From assembly GCA_034780895.1 (NCBI GenBank), contig JAUZTB010000033.1, forward strand, positions 19,742,428 to 19,806,427: a stretch of 64,000 nucleotides of DNA. Reading direction: 5' to 3'. Origin of the DNA: Rhynchobatus australiae (Eukaryota). This document shows, piece by piece, positions 12,511 to 25,012 of the stretch (position 1 is the first letter of the stretch; each line of letters begins with the position of its first letter). A model generated the notes under the pieces. The model searched no databases. It was not told where the DNA came from and saw nothing but the letters and a program-made list of their open reading frames with translations. Both the position numbers and the translations under genes were made by a program.

Positions 12511-14569
12511 ATGATTGTGACACAGATATCAGTATCTCCCCTTCCAATTTTCTTCCCACTTTTCTCCTTTGTTCCTCCAAGTAATCATAATTGTTTGGAA
12601 TATAGTTCATTAAGCTGCAGCAATGGACCATTGCCCCATCCGGGTAGTCATTCTGCAAATTCACCCATGTTAGTGAGCAGCAAGAGGTCATTTGGCAATN
12701 NNNNNGGTTCCATTCCAGATTTGTCCTCTCACACTTTCTCTGTGACAAAATGCATTTATCTTTAATCAGTGTCAAGGAGCCAGGATAAGGAGCAAGACTC
12801 TAATTAATTTGTACATCTCCCTCATTCAGGAATACTGTGCTTTCCAAATCAGCTGATTCAAAATTAGTTAAAAAAAATAAACCTGGGATCATTCTGTTCT
12901 ATACAGTTTATAAATAGATCATTTGATGCACTTTCTCCTGTTAGATTTAAGATAAAATGCTTATTCCATATTATTTTGAAGCTAAATCTTTATGAACACA
13001 AGTGCATGCTACAATATTACTGCAATAAACATACATTCTCACTTGTCTGAGTGATATCATTTTTTAAATTAAGTGAAGAAATAACCTTGAGTTTATTGTA
13101 GCTGACACTTTAGGCACGACTTTAAAATAAACGTAAACTTCATCTGAAGAAATTATATGCACACATTTTCTTTCAAAATGTGTTAATACAAAATAATTCA
13201 ATTGAAAAAATTAAAATTATGCCTGCAGATATTTAATTTCATCCTTTGAAACAAATCATTGTAAAAATCAAGGAACAGAATGTTGAAAGCACGGGGTTTA
13301 TTTTATGCTTCTTATCATATTCAGGTGAGTATTACAATAATGCTTTTGGCGGTATTANNNNNNNNNNNNNNNNNNNNNNNNNNNNNNNNNNNNNNNNNNN
13401 NNNNNNNNNNNNNNNNNNNNNNNNNNNNNNNNNNNNNNNNNNNNNNNNNNNNNNNNNNNNNNNNNNNNNNNNNNNNNNNNNNNNNNNNNNNNNNNNNNNN
13501 NNNNNNNNNNNNNNNNNNNNNNNNNNNNNNNNNNNNNNNNNNNNNNNNNNNNNNNNNNNNNNNNNNNNNNNNNNNNNNNNNNNNNNNNNNNNNNNNNNNN
13601 NNNNNNNNNNNNNNNNNNNNNNNNNNNNNNNNNNNNNNNNNNNNNNNNNNNNNNNNNNNNNNNNNNNNNNNNNNNNNNNNNNNNNNNNNNNNNNNNNNNN
13701 NNNNNNNNNNNNNNNNNNNNNNNNNNNNNNNNNNNNNNNNNNNNNNNNNNNNNNNNNNNNNNNNNNNNNNNNNNNNNNNNNNNNNNNNNNNNNNNNNNNN
13801 NNNNNNNNNNNNNNNNNNNNNNNNNNNNNNNNNNNNNNNNNNNNNNNNNNNNNNNNNNNNNNNNNNNNNNNNNNNNNNNNNNNNNNNNNNNNNNNNNNNN
13901 NNNNNNNNNNNNNNNNNNNNNNNNNNNNNNNNNNNNNNNNNNNNNNNNNNNNNNNNNNNNNNNNNNNNNNNNNNNNNNNNNNNNNNNNNNNNNNNNNNNN
14001 NNNNNNNNNNNNNNNNNNNNNNNNATAATCAACTTGAAATTACAATGCAAAAAAAAGGATATGCTTGTTACCCGAGCAAATAATCTACAAATATTACATT
14101 CAATCACACTCGTCACCCTCATCATATAGTTTCTAGCTTAATCTATCTGAGACCTACAAAAATATCTGAAAAAACTTGTTTATATCTCAGCGTTTGTGAA
14201 TGAACAAAATATCATCCAAACTGTTAAGTAGAACTACCTTATCGTTCCTTAGAAACCTTGACAGCAACTATGAATTACGATCAATGTTATTGCTAATTGC
14301 CCCAAATATTCCTTATCTAGGACTTTCTTTGACTTTACAAATCATGTCAGTTATAACATGCATTTTGGTTAAAGATGAAATATAGGTTAGTATAGTTTGG
14401 AAGAGGGAGAATTCTGGTACATTTTTCATTGCTTCCTCCTTTAATCTTGCCCCATCCTTGCCAACCCCTGTACCTAATATCCTAGTCATTTGCTTACAAT
14501 CATTCGAAAGCTTCTTTGACTCAGCAAAATTTTTGCTAGTATTCAACTTTATCTAATTCAGAATAATAG

Positions 14570-15530
14570 AACATAGAACAGTAGAGCACAATACAGGCCC
14601 TTCGTCTCACAATGTTGCACCGAAATTTATACCTTGTCTAAGACTAACCCCTTCCTCCCACATATCCCCCTATTTTAAATTCCTCCACATGCCTATCTAG
14701 TAATTTGAATTTGACAAATGTACCTGCCTCCACCACTACCCCAGGCAGCGTATTCTATGCCACAACCACTCTCTGGGTAAAAACCTCCCTCTGATATCTC
14801 CCTTGAACTTCCCACCCATTACTTTAAAGCTATGCCCTCTTGTATTGNNNNNNNNNNNNNNNNNNNNNNNNNNNNNNNNNNNNNNNNNNNNNNNNNNNNN
14901 NNNNNNNNNNNNNNNNNNNNNNNNNNNNNNNNNNNNNNNNNNNNNNNNNNNNNNNNNNNNNNNNNNNNNNNNNNNNNNNNNNNNNNNNNNNNNNNNNNNN
15001 NNNNNNNNNNNNNNNNNTACTCTCCAAACCAGGCAGCATCCTGGTAAATCTCCTCTGCACCCTTTCCAATGCTTCCACATCCTTCCTATTAATGAGGTGA
15101 CCAGAACCGGACATGGTACTCTTAAGTGTGATCTAACCAGAGTGTTATAAAGCTGTATCATTGCCTCGTGGCTCTTAAACTCGATCCCTCGACTTATGAA
15201 AGCTAACACCCCATAAGCTTTCTTAACTACCTTATCCACCTGTGAGGCAACCTTCAGGGATCTGTGGATATGGACCCCCAGATCCCTCTGGTCCTCCACA
15301 CTACCAAGAATCCTGTCATTAACTGTGTCCTCTGCCTTGGAGTTTGTCCTTCCAAAGTGTACCACCTCATACTTCTCCGAATTGAACTCCATCTGCCACT
15401 TCTCAGCCCAGCTCTGCATCCTATCAATGTCCGTCTGCAATCTTTGACAATATCCACAACACCACCAACCTCTGTGTTGTCTGCAGACTTGCCAACCCAC
15501 CCTTCTACCCCCTCATCCAAGTCATTAATA
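14570..15530 (-). mobile_element. CR1-type LINE (RT C-terminus and 3' UTR)
   Basis: ORF 14736..15500 contains WAEKWQMEFNSEKYEVVHFG, QRDLGVHIH, KKAYGVLAFISRG and TRGHSFK. ATAGAAC tail repeats at ~14570. Confidence 0.92.
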
Positions 15531-18500
15531 ATGTTCTAGATAGACTTATAGAATTTTATTTCTTCCTCACCTGGGTCACTTAAGATTCAGGGCAATCTAC
15601 CATTCTTTCTTATTAATTGCGTGTGATCGATAGGTAACAGATACTTGATCAGCATTTAACATGGTAAAATATCCTAAGTGAATAACTAGCTTATATAATG
15701 CTGTAAGGAATTATTTCTTTTTTTAAAGGAAAATCTGAAATGAATACCTTTTCTAGCATATAAACAACACAAATATTATTAATTATCTGTTCTGATAATA
15801 ATTGGGGTTACCAACTTTGCCCAAAATAAAAGCTGTACAAATTTGTAAAACAAAACAATCACCTTACTGAATCTCAAAATGATTATTTTTATATTAACTG
15901 CTAGAATGAAAATTTATTCCACATTATCAATGCTCCGGCACGTATCAAATAATCTATTGATCTTTCTTAAAGTCTATCATAATTCAACTGTGCATTTTTT
16001 AAAAAAAGAATAAGACTTGAGTTGCAGAGATATAGGAATCAATTCCTCAAAATATACCTTACTTTTTTAAACTATGCAAGGTGGTTAGTTTGCAAATATA
16101 TCTATCATTGTTTCTTTCAGTTCAACTAAACATTTAAAAGTTGTTAAAATAGCAGGCTCATTCTGTAAAATACGACAGAAAATGTTTTTGAAGTCAGCTT
16201 GCTACTGGTTTTAAAGTTATATATTCTTTAATCTATCCAGGACTAGTGATGTGTCCGTTAGTTTCTGTCGGACGTACAGAGTAATGCCAATGCAAAAGAA
16301 TTGTAACATATATCTGNNNNNNNNNNNNNNNNNNNNNNNNNNNNNNNNNNNNNNNNNNNNNNNNNNNNNNNNNNNNNNNNNNNNNNNNNNNNNNNNNNNN
16401 NNNNNNNNNNNNNNNNNNNNNNNNNNNNNNNNNNNNNNNNNNNNNNNNNNNNNNNNNNNNNNNNNNNNNNNNNNNNNNNNNNNNNNNNNNNNNNNNNNNN
16501 NNNNNNNNNNNNNNNNNNNNNNNNNNNNNNNNNNNNNNNNNNNNNNNNNNNNNNNNNNNNNNNNNNNNNNNNNNNNNNNNNNNNNNNNNNNNNNNNNNNN
16601 NNNNNNNNNNNNNNNNNNNNNNNNNNNNNNNNNNNNNNNNNNNNNNAAAAGAAATGCATTTATTTTAGGCCTGGTTGATTTAATCACAAATCCAAAGATA
16701 ATTATTTCAGCAGACTATCTACACAAGGGCATTGCTACAATTGTCCATTGTTCACAATTGCTCATTACTTTATATAAGATGAAATCTCAATTAATACAAT
16801 TGCTTAATTACCTTTTATCTAGGTATGTGTTGTGGTCATGGCAAGTTAAACAATACCACATATACCATGTTGTTTAGAAAGTAGAGTTTTACTATGATTT
16901 TAGCTTCATTGTCCATTATAGGTACTGCATTACAATCCTCAACAATTTTTGTTGGTCTGAACGAATGGGTATAAAAGTGCAAAATATTATTGTAAAGTTT
17001 ATGGTTTAATGTGTGCAAAATCCCTTAAATGCTATAAAATATTATAAACCATTAGCCATAAAAAGTGGAGCTACTTCACCCAGTTAGCCCAAATTAGACA
17101 GTCAAGCCATTATTTTCATAACATATTAAATTTCTCAAAATCTGTTATTTTTCTTATTTCAGCTGGCTACATAGAATATAATAATTCCCCCATGATGATA
17201 CATTGATTACATGAAGTAAAATGTGATAATTCAGAAATCATACCACATGTGAAACTAATTAAGCAAACCAAAATGTCTACAAAAGTTTGATGCATATTAT
17301 ATTTCTTATCACGTTAGATTTTGTTGTTTGTGAAATTACAGTTACCCCAGTACAACTTGCTCAAGTTTAAAATACAATGTTTTCAACTCTAATTAGCTTC
17401 CAGATATCCTAAGTTTTTAAATATGTGTACACCATCTGTGTAGGATAGGTTAAATAATATGGAGCATTACCAAGGTAGCCCGTGGTGCATGCAGAGATAA
17501 TACTAGGTTATAAAGTTATTGTTTACAAGACTGTAACATGAATGAAACATGGAAAATATCTTCCTATCTTAAACATACATATAATGTTGACTACATATTT
17601 ATTTTGGAGAAGAAAGATTATTTTATTACTCTTATAAGATTGCAAGCTTTTTTGTGATAAAATATCTTTTAAAAATGGGATTATTTTCTAGTGGATTACT
17701 AAAGTTAAAGCTCTATCAATAATATTAACTTGAAAGCTAAGAATCGTCAAATAGCCTTGTTGCAGGGATGGAATTAANNNNNNNNNNNNNNNNNNNNNNN
17801 NNNNNNNNNNNNNNNNNNNNNNNNNNNNNNNNNNNNNNNNNNNNNNNNNNNNNNNNNNNNNNNNNNNNNNNNNNNNNNNNNNNNNNNNNNNNNNNNNNNN
17901 NNNNNNNNNNNNNNNNNNNNNNNNNNNNNNNNNNNNNNNNNNNNNNNNNNNNNNNNNNNNNNNNNNNNNNNNNNNNNNNNNNNNNNNNNNNNNNNNCTGG
18001 AGGATTAGTATATTCTTGCTGTTTATACACACTTATTCTAAGTGAGACATTTGCCAATATTACTGTTGGCATTCTTTCTATTTAGAATTCCTTCTCCCTA
18101 TCTTCCACTATCTCCCCATCTCTCTGAATTTACCTCAGATCACATAGTTGACATTTCACTTCTGAAATATAAGGCCTTAGTTATCCGAAAGAAAATGGAG
18201 GTTAATTTTAGCATTATTTCTGCTGTATTTTTGAGTAAGAACATATGAACTGTGGCCTAAATTACTGTAAAGATCTAAAAGTACATAACTGAAGTTAATA
18301 ACGTATGCAAGNNNNNNNNNNAGATTAAAAACTCCACACAGACAACTGAATCAAAACATTCCATATCTTAAGAAAACCAACTATGTAAATAAATAAAACA
18401 TCAAAATAAGATAGAGGTGGCAGAGCAAGTGATGTGATGTTGCAGAAGGTTGCAGGAGATTGTGGAAATTGGTAAGGCATGTGCAACATCTGTAGAATAT

Positions 18501-18734
18501 GTCTGTAGCTTGAGGAAATTTGGCTCAGAACTGATGTGCTGGACTCCAAGCTTCAGATACTGTGATATATCAGGAAAGAATAAAATTACTTTCNNNNNNN
18601 NNNNNNNNNNNNNNNNNNNNNNNNNNNNNNNNNNNNNNNNNNNNNNNNNNNNNNNNNNNNNNNNNNNNNNNNNNNNNNNNNNNNNNNNNNNNNNNNNNNN
18701 NNNNNNNNNNNNNNNNNNATTAGAGGAGCTTTAG

Positions 18735-19075
18735 CTCTTGTGCTTATCCAGTTGGTGATGGTGCTTCATGACCCCATTGACCCAGGTTCAATTCTGAGCA
18801 ATCTGTGTGGAGTTTGCACTTGACTGCATGGGTTTCACCCAGGGGTGCTCTGGTTTCTTTTCACATCACAAAGGTTTGCTGGTTGGCAGATTAATCGGTA
18901 TTTCCAAACTACCCCTCATATAGGTAGATGAGTAGGAAAGTCAGGGTGGAGTTAATCAGTGAGAGAGAATGGATTACAGGAAAATAAGTGGTGAAATAAA
19001 ATTGATGGGATTCCTCTGAGAACCAATGTAGACGATAGGCCCAATGGCTTCCTCTGTTGTAAGAAAATATATGAG
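18735..19075 (+). mobile_element. HE1/V-SINE-like tRNA-derived SINE
   Basis: B-box-like GGTTCAATTC, core GTGTGGAGTTTGCAC...GGTGCTCTGGTTTC, and a CR1-like tail GGCCCAATGGCTTCCTCTG. Confidence 0.6.
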
Positions 19076-20738
19076 TATGGCTGAACGCAAGCACTTGGGG
19101 CAGGATGGGCAAACTAACTATAATATTATTGGACAGAAGGCCATTCAAGCAAGGAGGAATAAAGAGGAATTTTGGAGCAATGGAGGACAGTATAATTACT
19201 GGGCAAGATACTGTCCTCGGCAGCTGTGAGAGGGCGAGTGGTGGGTGAGGCAGATGGGAGTATGGAATTGTAAATAGGTGGATGTCTTTTCTGAAATAAG
19301 TATGCATAATAAATAAGATAAAGATTAAATATATATCTATTATTAGATATATGTCTACAATAGCTTTGCTTGTGATTGCTTGTATTCCAACAACACTTAG
19401 TTGTGAAGTCCTTTAAACATTATGAAATGAAACTTAAAATGGCAGATCTTTTTTGTGCATTAATATTATGCTATGACATAATTCAATAACTTCTCATGTT
19501 ACATCTTCATAATTACTGTGGAAGATGCAAGTTTATAAAGTTGATATATTTAGCAGGGAATGCGAAATAAGGAATAAAACCTCTTTTTTTCATACAACTC
19601 TGCCTTTTCTGCATTACTTAAATCATTTCACTAATATGGCTTTAACTTATTGTCTCATTTTGAAATAAATCTCTCATATCAACAAAAAATCTCTACTTTT
19701 AAATAAACTGCAGTTCCTGTGTACACGTATACTATCATTTAAAACTGACGTGGATACCAAATGAAGTCAGAATCTGTACTGATTAACTTTATTGTGGGAA
19801 AGTCAAAGGATCTTGGAAATGAATAGTATTTTGATACAAGGGCAAGTAACACATTCAACCACTTTAAATGGGCACTTAGTGACCTAACAGAGGCTGACGT
19901 GTCACACCAAAGTTACTGTAAATTAAAGTTTGTGGTTACATCAAAAGTACAGTGATGTCAGCCATCATCCTCACTGTAAACTTCTGTTAGATTTTGGAAA
20001 CAACCAACATACAAAATTTTGCTTTATTGCTTCCATCCAGACTCACAATTTATTAGTCCCTGTGTACTTACATAACTTCCCATCCTGATACTAAAGGTCT
20101 AACAATGTTTTATGTCTCCTACAAGTAATATTGTTGAACTTCACCAAACGATTCCCAGCCATACAGTCAATCCGGATTTTCAGCATTAAATTACGTCCTA
20201 TTCAGAACTCATTTAGACTAGAAATAGATAAGGCTTTACTCCTTCTTGTACACGTAGTATGCTGTTTTCCAGTGCTAAGCTCAAAAGGACAGAAATGGTT
20301 TAAGTCTGATAGACTTTCCCTTAATTTAACTCCCTTATTCAACTTCCCAAGTAATTAAAATGAAACGACCGACTGTCATTTTGTTTTCCCATACGGCGAC
20401 GTCACTGTGACTCGAAGAATCGTCACGTTTAAAATTAAGTGCCAGTTCGACGATCGGTGCTCCAGAAGTGTATTGNNNNNNNNNNNNNNNNNNNNNNNNN
20501 NNNNNNNNNNNNNNNNNNNNNNNNNNNNNNNNNNNNNNNNNNNNNNNNNNNNNNNNAACTCTCCCCTTCTTTTAGCAGTAAGGCCGTATTGGGAGACGAT
20601 ATAACCGAGCAATGCGAAGATTTACAATTATAAATGAGTTTTAAAAAGAAATACGGGTGAAATACGACAGGGAGTGTACAGCACAGCCGTGCACATCGCT
20701 CGTGAATCCATGTATAGTGGCATGCACTCCCTCGGCCA

Positions 20739-20973
20739 TTTATTGTAAAAGTTTAGAACTTTTGCAGCATTTCCTTATTTATTTTGTATTCCTTCTTTAT
20801 CTCGATTAAGCAATAATCAAAACTGCAAACACTGTCGGAGGTTTCTTTATCGCAACGATTTGAGTGTGGGCNNNNNNNNNNNNNGTTTATTGATGCTGCT
20901 AGGAAGAATTGACGTTCCTGCAAAAAAAAACTTTTTTTTTGTTTTTTAAAAAAAAAGTCCGTTCTTATTTATT
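20739..20973 (-). terminator. Candidate polyadenylation signals of the mir-129-2 primary transcript
   Basis: Minus-strand AATAAA (plus TTTATT) at 20739-20744, 20886-20891 and 20968-20973, just downstream of the hairpin. Confidence 0.35.
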
Positions 20974-21229
20974 GTGGCGGTTGGCTGGTTTGCTGACCAT
21001 TGGTTTATCCGTGCCTTCTTGGGGCTGACGGGGTGGAAAGAGAAAGTTCGGGGCAGGGTGAAGGGCAACTGGGAGGGTATCATGTGTAGTTGATAAGAAG
21101 TTCGGGGAAAGCGATGCTCTCCTGGTGAAATGGGCAATAGGCAGCTGGCGAGGTTGGGGCCGCTTTCCCGTGCGCCGCGCTGCTCCGAGTTGCCAGTGAA
21201 CGCATCCTTTGGACATCCTCGATGACAGC

Positions 21230-21318
21230 GTCTTCCGCGAATGCTTTTTGGGGTAAGGGCTTCCCGGCTACATAGTTACATACAGCAAGCCCAGACCGCA
21301 AAAAGATTCGAGAAAGAC
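21230..21318 (-). ncRNA. MIR129-2: microRNA precursor mir-129-2
   Basis: The reverse complement of 21285-21305 is CUUUUUGCGGUCUGGGCUUGC (miR-129-5p) and of 21241-21262 is AAGCCCUUACCCCAAAAAGCAU (miR-129-2-3p; the 129-1 arm ends GUAU). The lower stem GUCUUUCUCGAAU/AUUCGCGGAAGAC pairs. It lies upstream of HSD17B12 on the same strand, as in human. Confidence 0.98.
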
Positions 21319-21595
21319 AAGTACGCTGGCGGGGGGATTCGGCTGCTTCAGCAAAAGGGGCAACGGGAAAGGATCCCACGATGTGGAAAAGGCGAAGATC
21401 TTGAGATTCGCGGCTCGCTGTCTTCAGATGGAGCCGTTCATTGGCGCTCAACTCGGGTTCCCTCCTCGCCGAGTCTGGATCTACCCCATCTATCGCCATC
21501 CTGACATGATCCAGGCTTTCCCTCATCTCCTCCGAGGCATTGCCTCACCCATACATCCCATGCATGTCTGGAGCCAGCTATTTATTTTTTTAACA

Positions 21596-21597
<2 letters not shown>

Positions 21598-21646
<49 letters not shown>
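21598..21646. repeat. (CA)n microsatellite followed by a GA-rich tract
   Basis: Seen directly. Confidence 0.97.
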
Positions 21647-21649
<3 letters not shown>

Positions 21650-21794
21650 AAAGAGAGGGAAGGAGATGGAGCGAGGGACCGAGGTAGAGATATACATTGA
21701 AAGACAGAGAGAGGTGATGGAGAAATTGACTTCAATCCTAGCGAGGATCACGATCTTTTCCAAGTGGAGTCTATACTGCAGACTGGTGGCGCTG

Positions 21795-21860
21795 CGTAAA
21801 AGAGGGTACTTGCGCCCTGACCAGTAAATAAATAGAGACTGACGCGCAAGCTCATTGGTG
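21795..21860 (-). promoter_or_regulatory. Proximal promoter candidate for pri-mir-129-2
   Basis: Minus-strand order is CCAAT (21854-21858), half-CRE CGTCA (21840-21844), then TATA/MEF2-like CTATTTATTTAC (21824-21835). It lies in a CpG-rich tract about 500 nt upstream of the hairpin. Confidence 0.55.
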
Positions 21861-24404
21861 TCCACTGAATCGTCATCATCCAATCCCGAAAGAGCTCATT
21901 TCAGAGCCCCCCTTTCAAAAAAAAATCCACTCCCAATTAAACAGGTCTCCACAACAGACTTAAAGCTCCAGCCATTGGTGAGTCCATTCAGACCCAAGGA
22001 TCGCCTCCTTTGCACGACGCCTAGTCACCAAACACCAGCGAACCACGTTGGTCGTGAACTGTATCAAGAGGTGACCAACCGCAAGCTGTGTGATGTCACT
22101 GTTTGTGTACAGGAGCTCTGGCAGCTCACAGTCAACATTCGCCAAGCACCCAGGAGAGCGTCCCAAGTCCCAAACAATGTCTGGCTCCACTGCTGGAACT
22201 ACGCAGGGGTTGTAGGACGTATAAGATGGGCCTCGGAGAAAGCCAGAAGAGTAGGTGAAGTTTTAATAATAATTAGTAACTCTTTACTGCGGCACCGTGT
22301 GCTCGATTTGATTATGCGATGATCCACGCTAATTTATTTGTAAAGAAGGCTTAGCTTTGAAAGGCTTTACTTTTTTTTATAAAGGAAGACTGATTTTTAA
22401 ACACCACCTACATCAGGAAGACATCATTCTGTCAGGGTTGGCAGAATAATATAATGGTTGACTCTGATATACCCCACAGCTCTTAAATATTATACTTAAT
22501 ACAAAAATAAGGATAACTCTCGAGGTCACCAGAAAATATGACAGTTGACTGTGATACACCGATACATAATGCATGCATCTAAAATAAGATCACAAGAACA
22601 AATATTTTGAAAAGTCTTGATTCGACTTGCCTTTTGTTCCTCGTTCAGTCTTGGATTTAGCACGTTAAGGCGTCGGCAGAAATTGTAAACTAAAATTCTT
22701 TTCACCCACAGTAAGTATATAAGTTATTATACTGTGTGGGAGGGTCACGATCTCGGTAATTATGTATTCTAGGACCAACCTTCTCCTACTATGGAAGATA
22801 ATAAAAGAAACCCGAACAGATCGCCCCGATGCGCAGCAGTCTTGTTTTGCGAAGTTCTGATTGGGAGTCTTTCATTTAGGGAATGTATCAAGTAAGTCAC
22901 GATTTTCCCCAGTTCCGAGTGAACTGTGACTGGAGCCGTGACGCATCCACGCAGATTACTCACTTAACAGTCACGACTTTGAAACCATGCTGTTCCACCA
23001 TCGGAGTGGAGAATTCACACCGCCACTCTGAATTATTGAATACACTAATAACCTTAGCTGAGGTTCTGAATTACGCCAAGAAGCGAGCAAGGATTGGAAA
23101 GGTACCTTTGGACCGCGACACTGAGAAGGAGATGATGCCAGTTACTGCAGTTGTTTATTTAATTCTATTTGGCAAACTATTAAATACGTCCATACAGCAC
23201 CCAGAAAACCTCAGTAACAGAACGTACACAGCTACGGGTTGTTGAACATTGGCGCTGGGTTATTATACGTTGCACAACGGTGTCATTGCAAACGCGGCAG
23301 GTCTGTTACAAAAGGTGGGTGTCGGTGCAGATTAGTCAGCATGTGTTTATTTACGGAATGTACTGCTGTCTGTATATGTAGATTAAATGCGCGTTCTTTT
23401 TACCTTGTGTGCATCTGGATGACGACTAGCATATATGCTTCATTGATGCTTGCTTCTGTATCTGGCTCATTATCCTGTCTACATTAGCTCTCACTGTATG
23501 TGTATACTGACTACCACAAAGCTGTCGCGAAAATTACATAAATATAATCATGACATTATTCAATTTGATTTGAGTTCACTGCTAAGGAGAATATACATCC
23601 TTGCATATATCAATGGATTTCAGTCTGTTTGCTTGATGCTTACGTAGACGGTCAGATCTTCATCCATCTGGCTTAAAACTCATGCAGTCTAAATTATTAT
23701 TAAGCATTTTGAACCAAATCCATTTACATATGTGTTTGGACTCTACATTGTCCTCCAAATACCTTCATCATGCCGTGGTGGTGAAGCGAGAGCTTGTCGA
23801 CTTGTTAGCAAAGTAAATGAACTCTGAGTGAAAGGAAGAACGATATTAATTTGTATTTGTTGATATTTCCAGTACCAACCCAATATGTGGTTTAATATAT
23901 TTTAATAATGTATTGCATCCTTCTTCGAAGCACCACCATCCAGTGCACTGGGTCAGATGAGCGTCAGCAGGGACAGCACTACGGTATATAGCACAGTCCA
24001 TACAGCTTTCCCACAACAACGTCGCTGAAATAGTGATTCCACCCACTTAGTTTAGCGGTATATGACTAAGAACACCAAAGTGAGAGGGGAAGTATGATGC
24101 ACAGTGGTAAGAGCAGTAACGGGACAAAAATAAAGGATGACGTGAGAGTAGGAAGCTAAATAAAGCATCCTATAGCCTCCTCTTCTACAAATCACCACCC
24201 TGTAGTGAGTTCAAAGGTATAGGCGGGAAGAAAAGACAAATTCGCACATGTAGCAATGTGCATCGTGTCCATCCAGATTCAGAATCGAAAATCCAGGAAA
24301 ACAATGCTTGATGCACGTCACCTATCAGTTTGTTAACGTTTGGAAAAAGTTTTGACAACAGCTACAATTTCACCGTTGTGAAATAATACCCCTCCCCGAT
24401 ACTT

Positions 24405-24405
<1 letters not shown>

Positions 24406-24440
<35 letters not shown>
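24406..24440. repeat. (CA)n microsatellite
   Basis: Seen directly. Confidence 0.97.
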
Positions 24441-24442
<2 letters not shown>

Positions 24443-25012
24443 CCAACATCATGAGGCATCTAATATTATTTAAGATTCCAGGTCAGAATAATGCTATAAT
24501 GGATCATTAATGGAAAAAGAGCGCGTTGAGAGTTAATATTAACTGCAATGGAGATACAAGGCAATTCCAGGCTCCGCACTTGTAATTCGGCCACGTTAAA
24601 CCTTTCACAACACAATTGTACAAGAGGTTTTCTTTTGCTGCTCTTACTGCTCCCTACATCCGCCCTCCTCAGAATTTGTTTGCTACCAGGACTAATAACA
24701 AACTGTTACGTTCGTTGTAGCTTGTCTTTGGAACATATCTGGTCTACTCAGTTTAGCTGTTGAAAATAAAGGAGGCTCAACAGCGCCGACAGAAAACGAG
24801 ATCCGACCGCTACTGATTCACAAATTTAACGTTAGGGTGATTCTCCATCTACCTGCAGCCCATCATCTAGAATGTGTATACGCTAAAAGACTTGCATGCA
24901 GCCTACTTCTAGAGACGCTTATAAGCAGCATTTCTCCTCAGGTAAAGAAACCAGTTCCTTTTTTAAAAAAATGCAGAGTAAAGCTTGAAATAATTGTGCA
25001 TGCAACTCTTAC

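Larger units (their letters stand above)
7500..18300 (-). pseudogene. Candidate decayed, AT-rich, long intronless coding element interrupted by LINE insertions and gaps; possible STAND/NACHT NTPase relic
   Basis: Several minus-strand frames of 50-100 codons have few stops despite very AT-rich DNA. Walker A-like ILGTGVGK (14457-14480) and Walker B-like KVVLLNSLDD (14211-14240) are in the same frame about 80 codons apart. Manual translation only. Confidence 0.3.

Noticed and set aside
13246-14125. Long ORFs made mostly of X (also 9605-10012, 16217-16877, 25664-26541, 27687-28089)
   Set aside because: Artefacts of N runs that contain no stop codons.
14290-14440. MKNVPE...SPR*GIFGAI resembling the influenza HA cleavage site and fusion peptide
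   Set aside because: The spacing is wrong by about 30 residues, the following AGFIE is absent, and there is no other HA similarity. Treated as chance.
16150-16290. LDRLKNI...IFCRILQN resembling a sacsin repeat start
   Set aside because: The diagnostic NADDA and GxFGxGFNSVYH motifs are missing.
17115-17150. ITDFEKFNML resembling Mononegavirales L motif A
   Set aside because: No downstream GGxEG..QKxW or GDNQ motif was found in the frames I translated.
21080-22322. Several 70-155 aa ORFs overlapping the miRNA region
   Set aside because: No recognisable domain; one runs through the (CA)n repeat. They are explained by GC/CpG-rich non-coding sequence.
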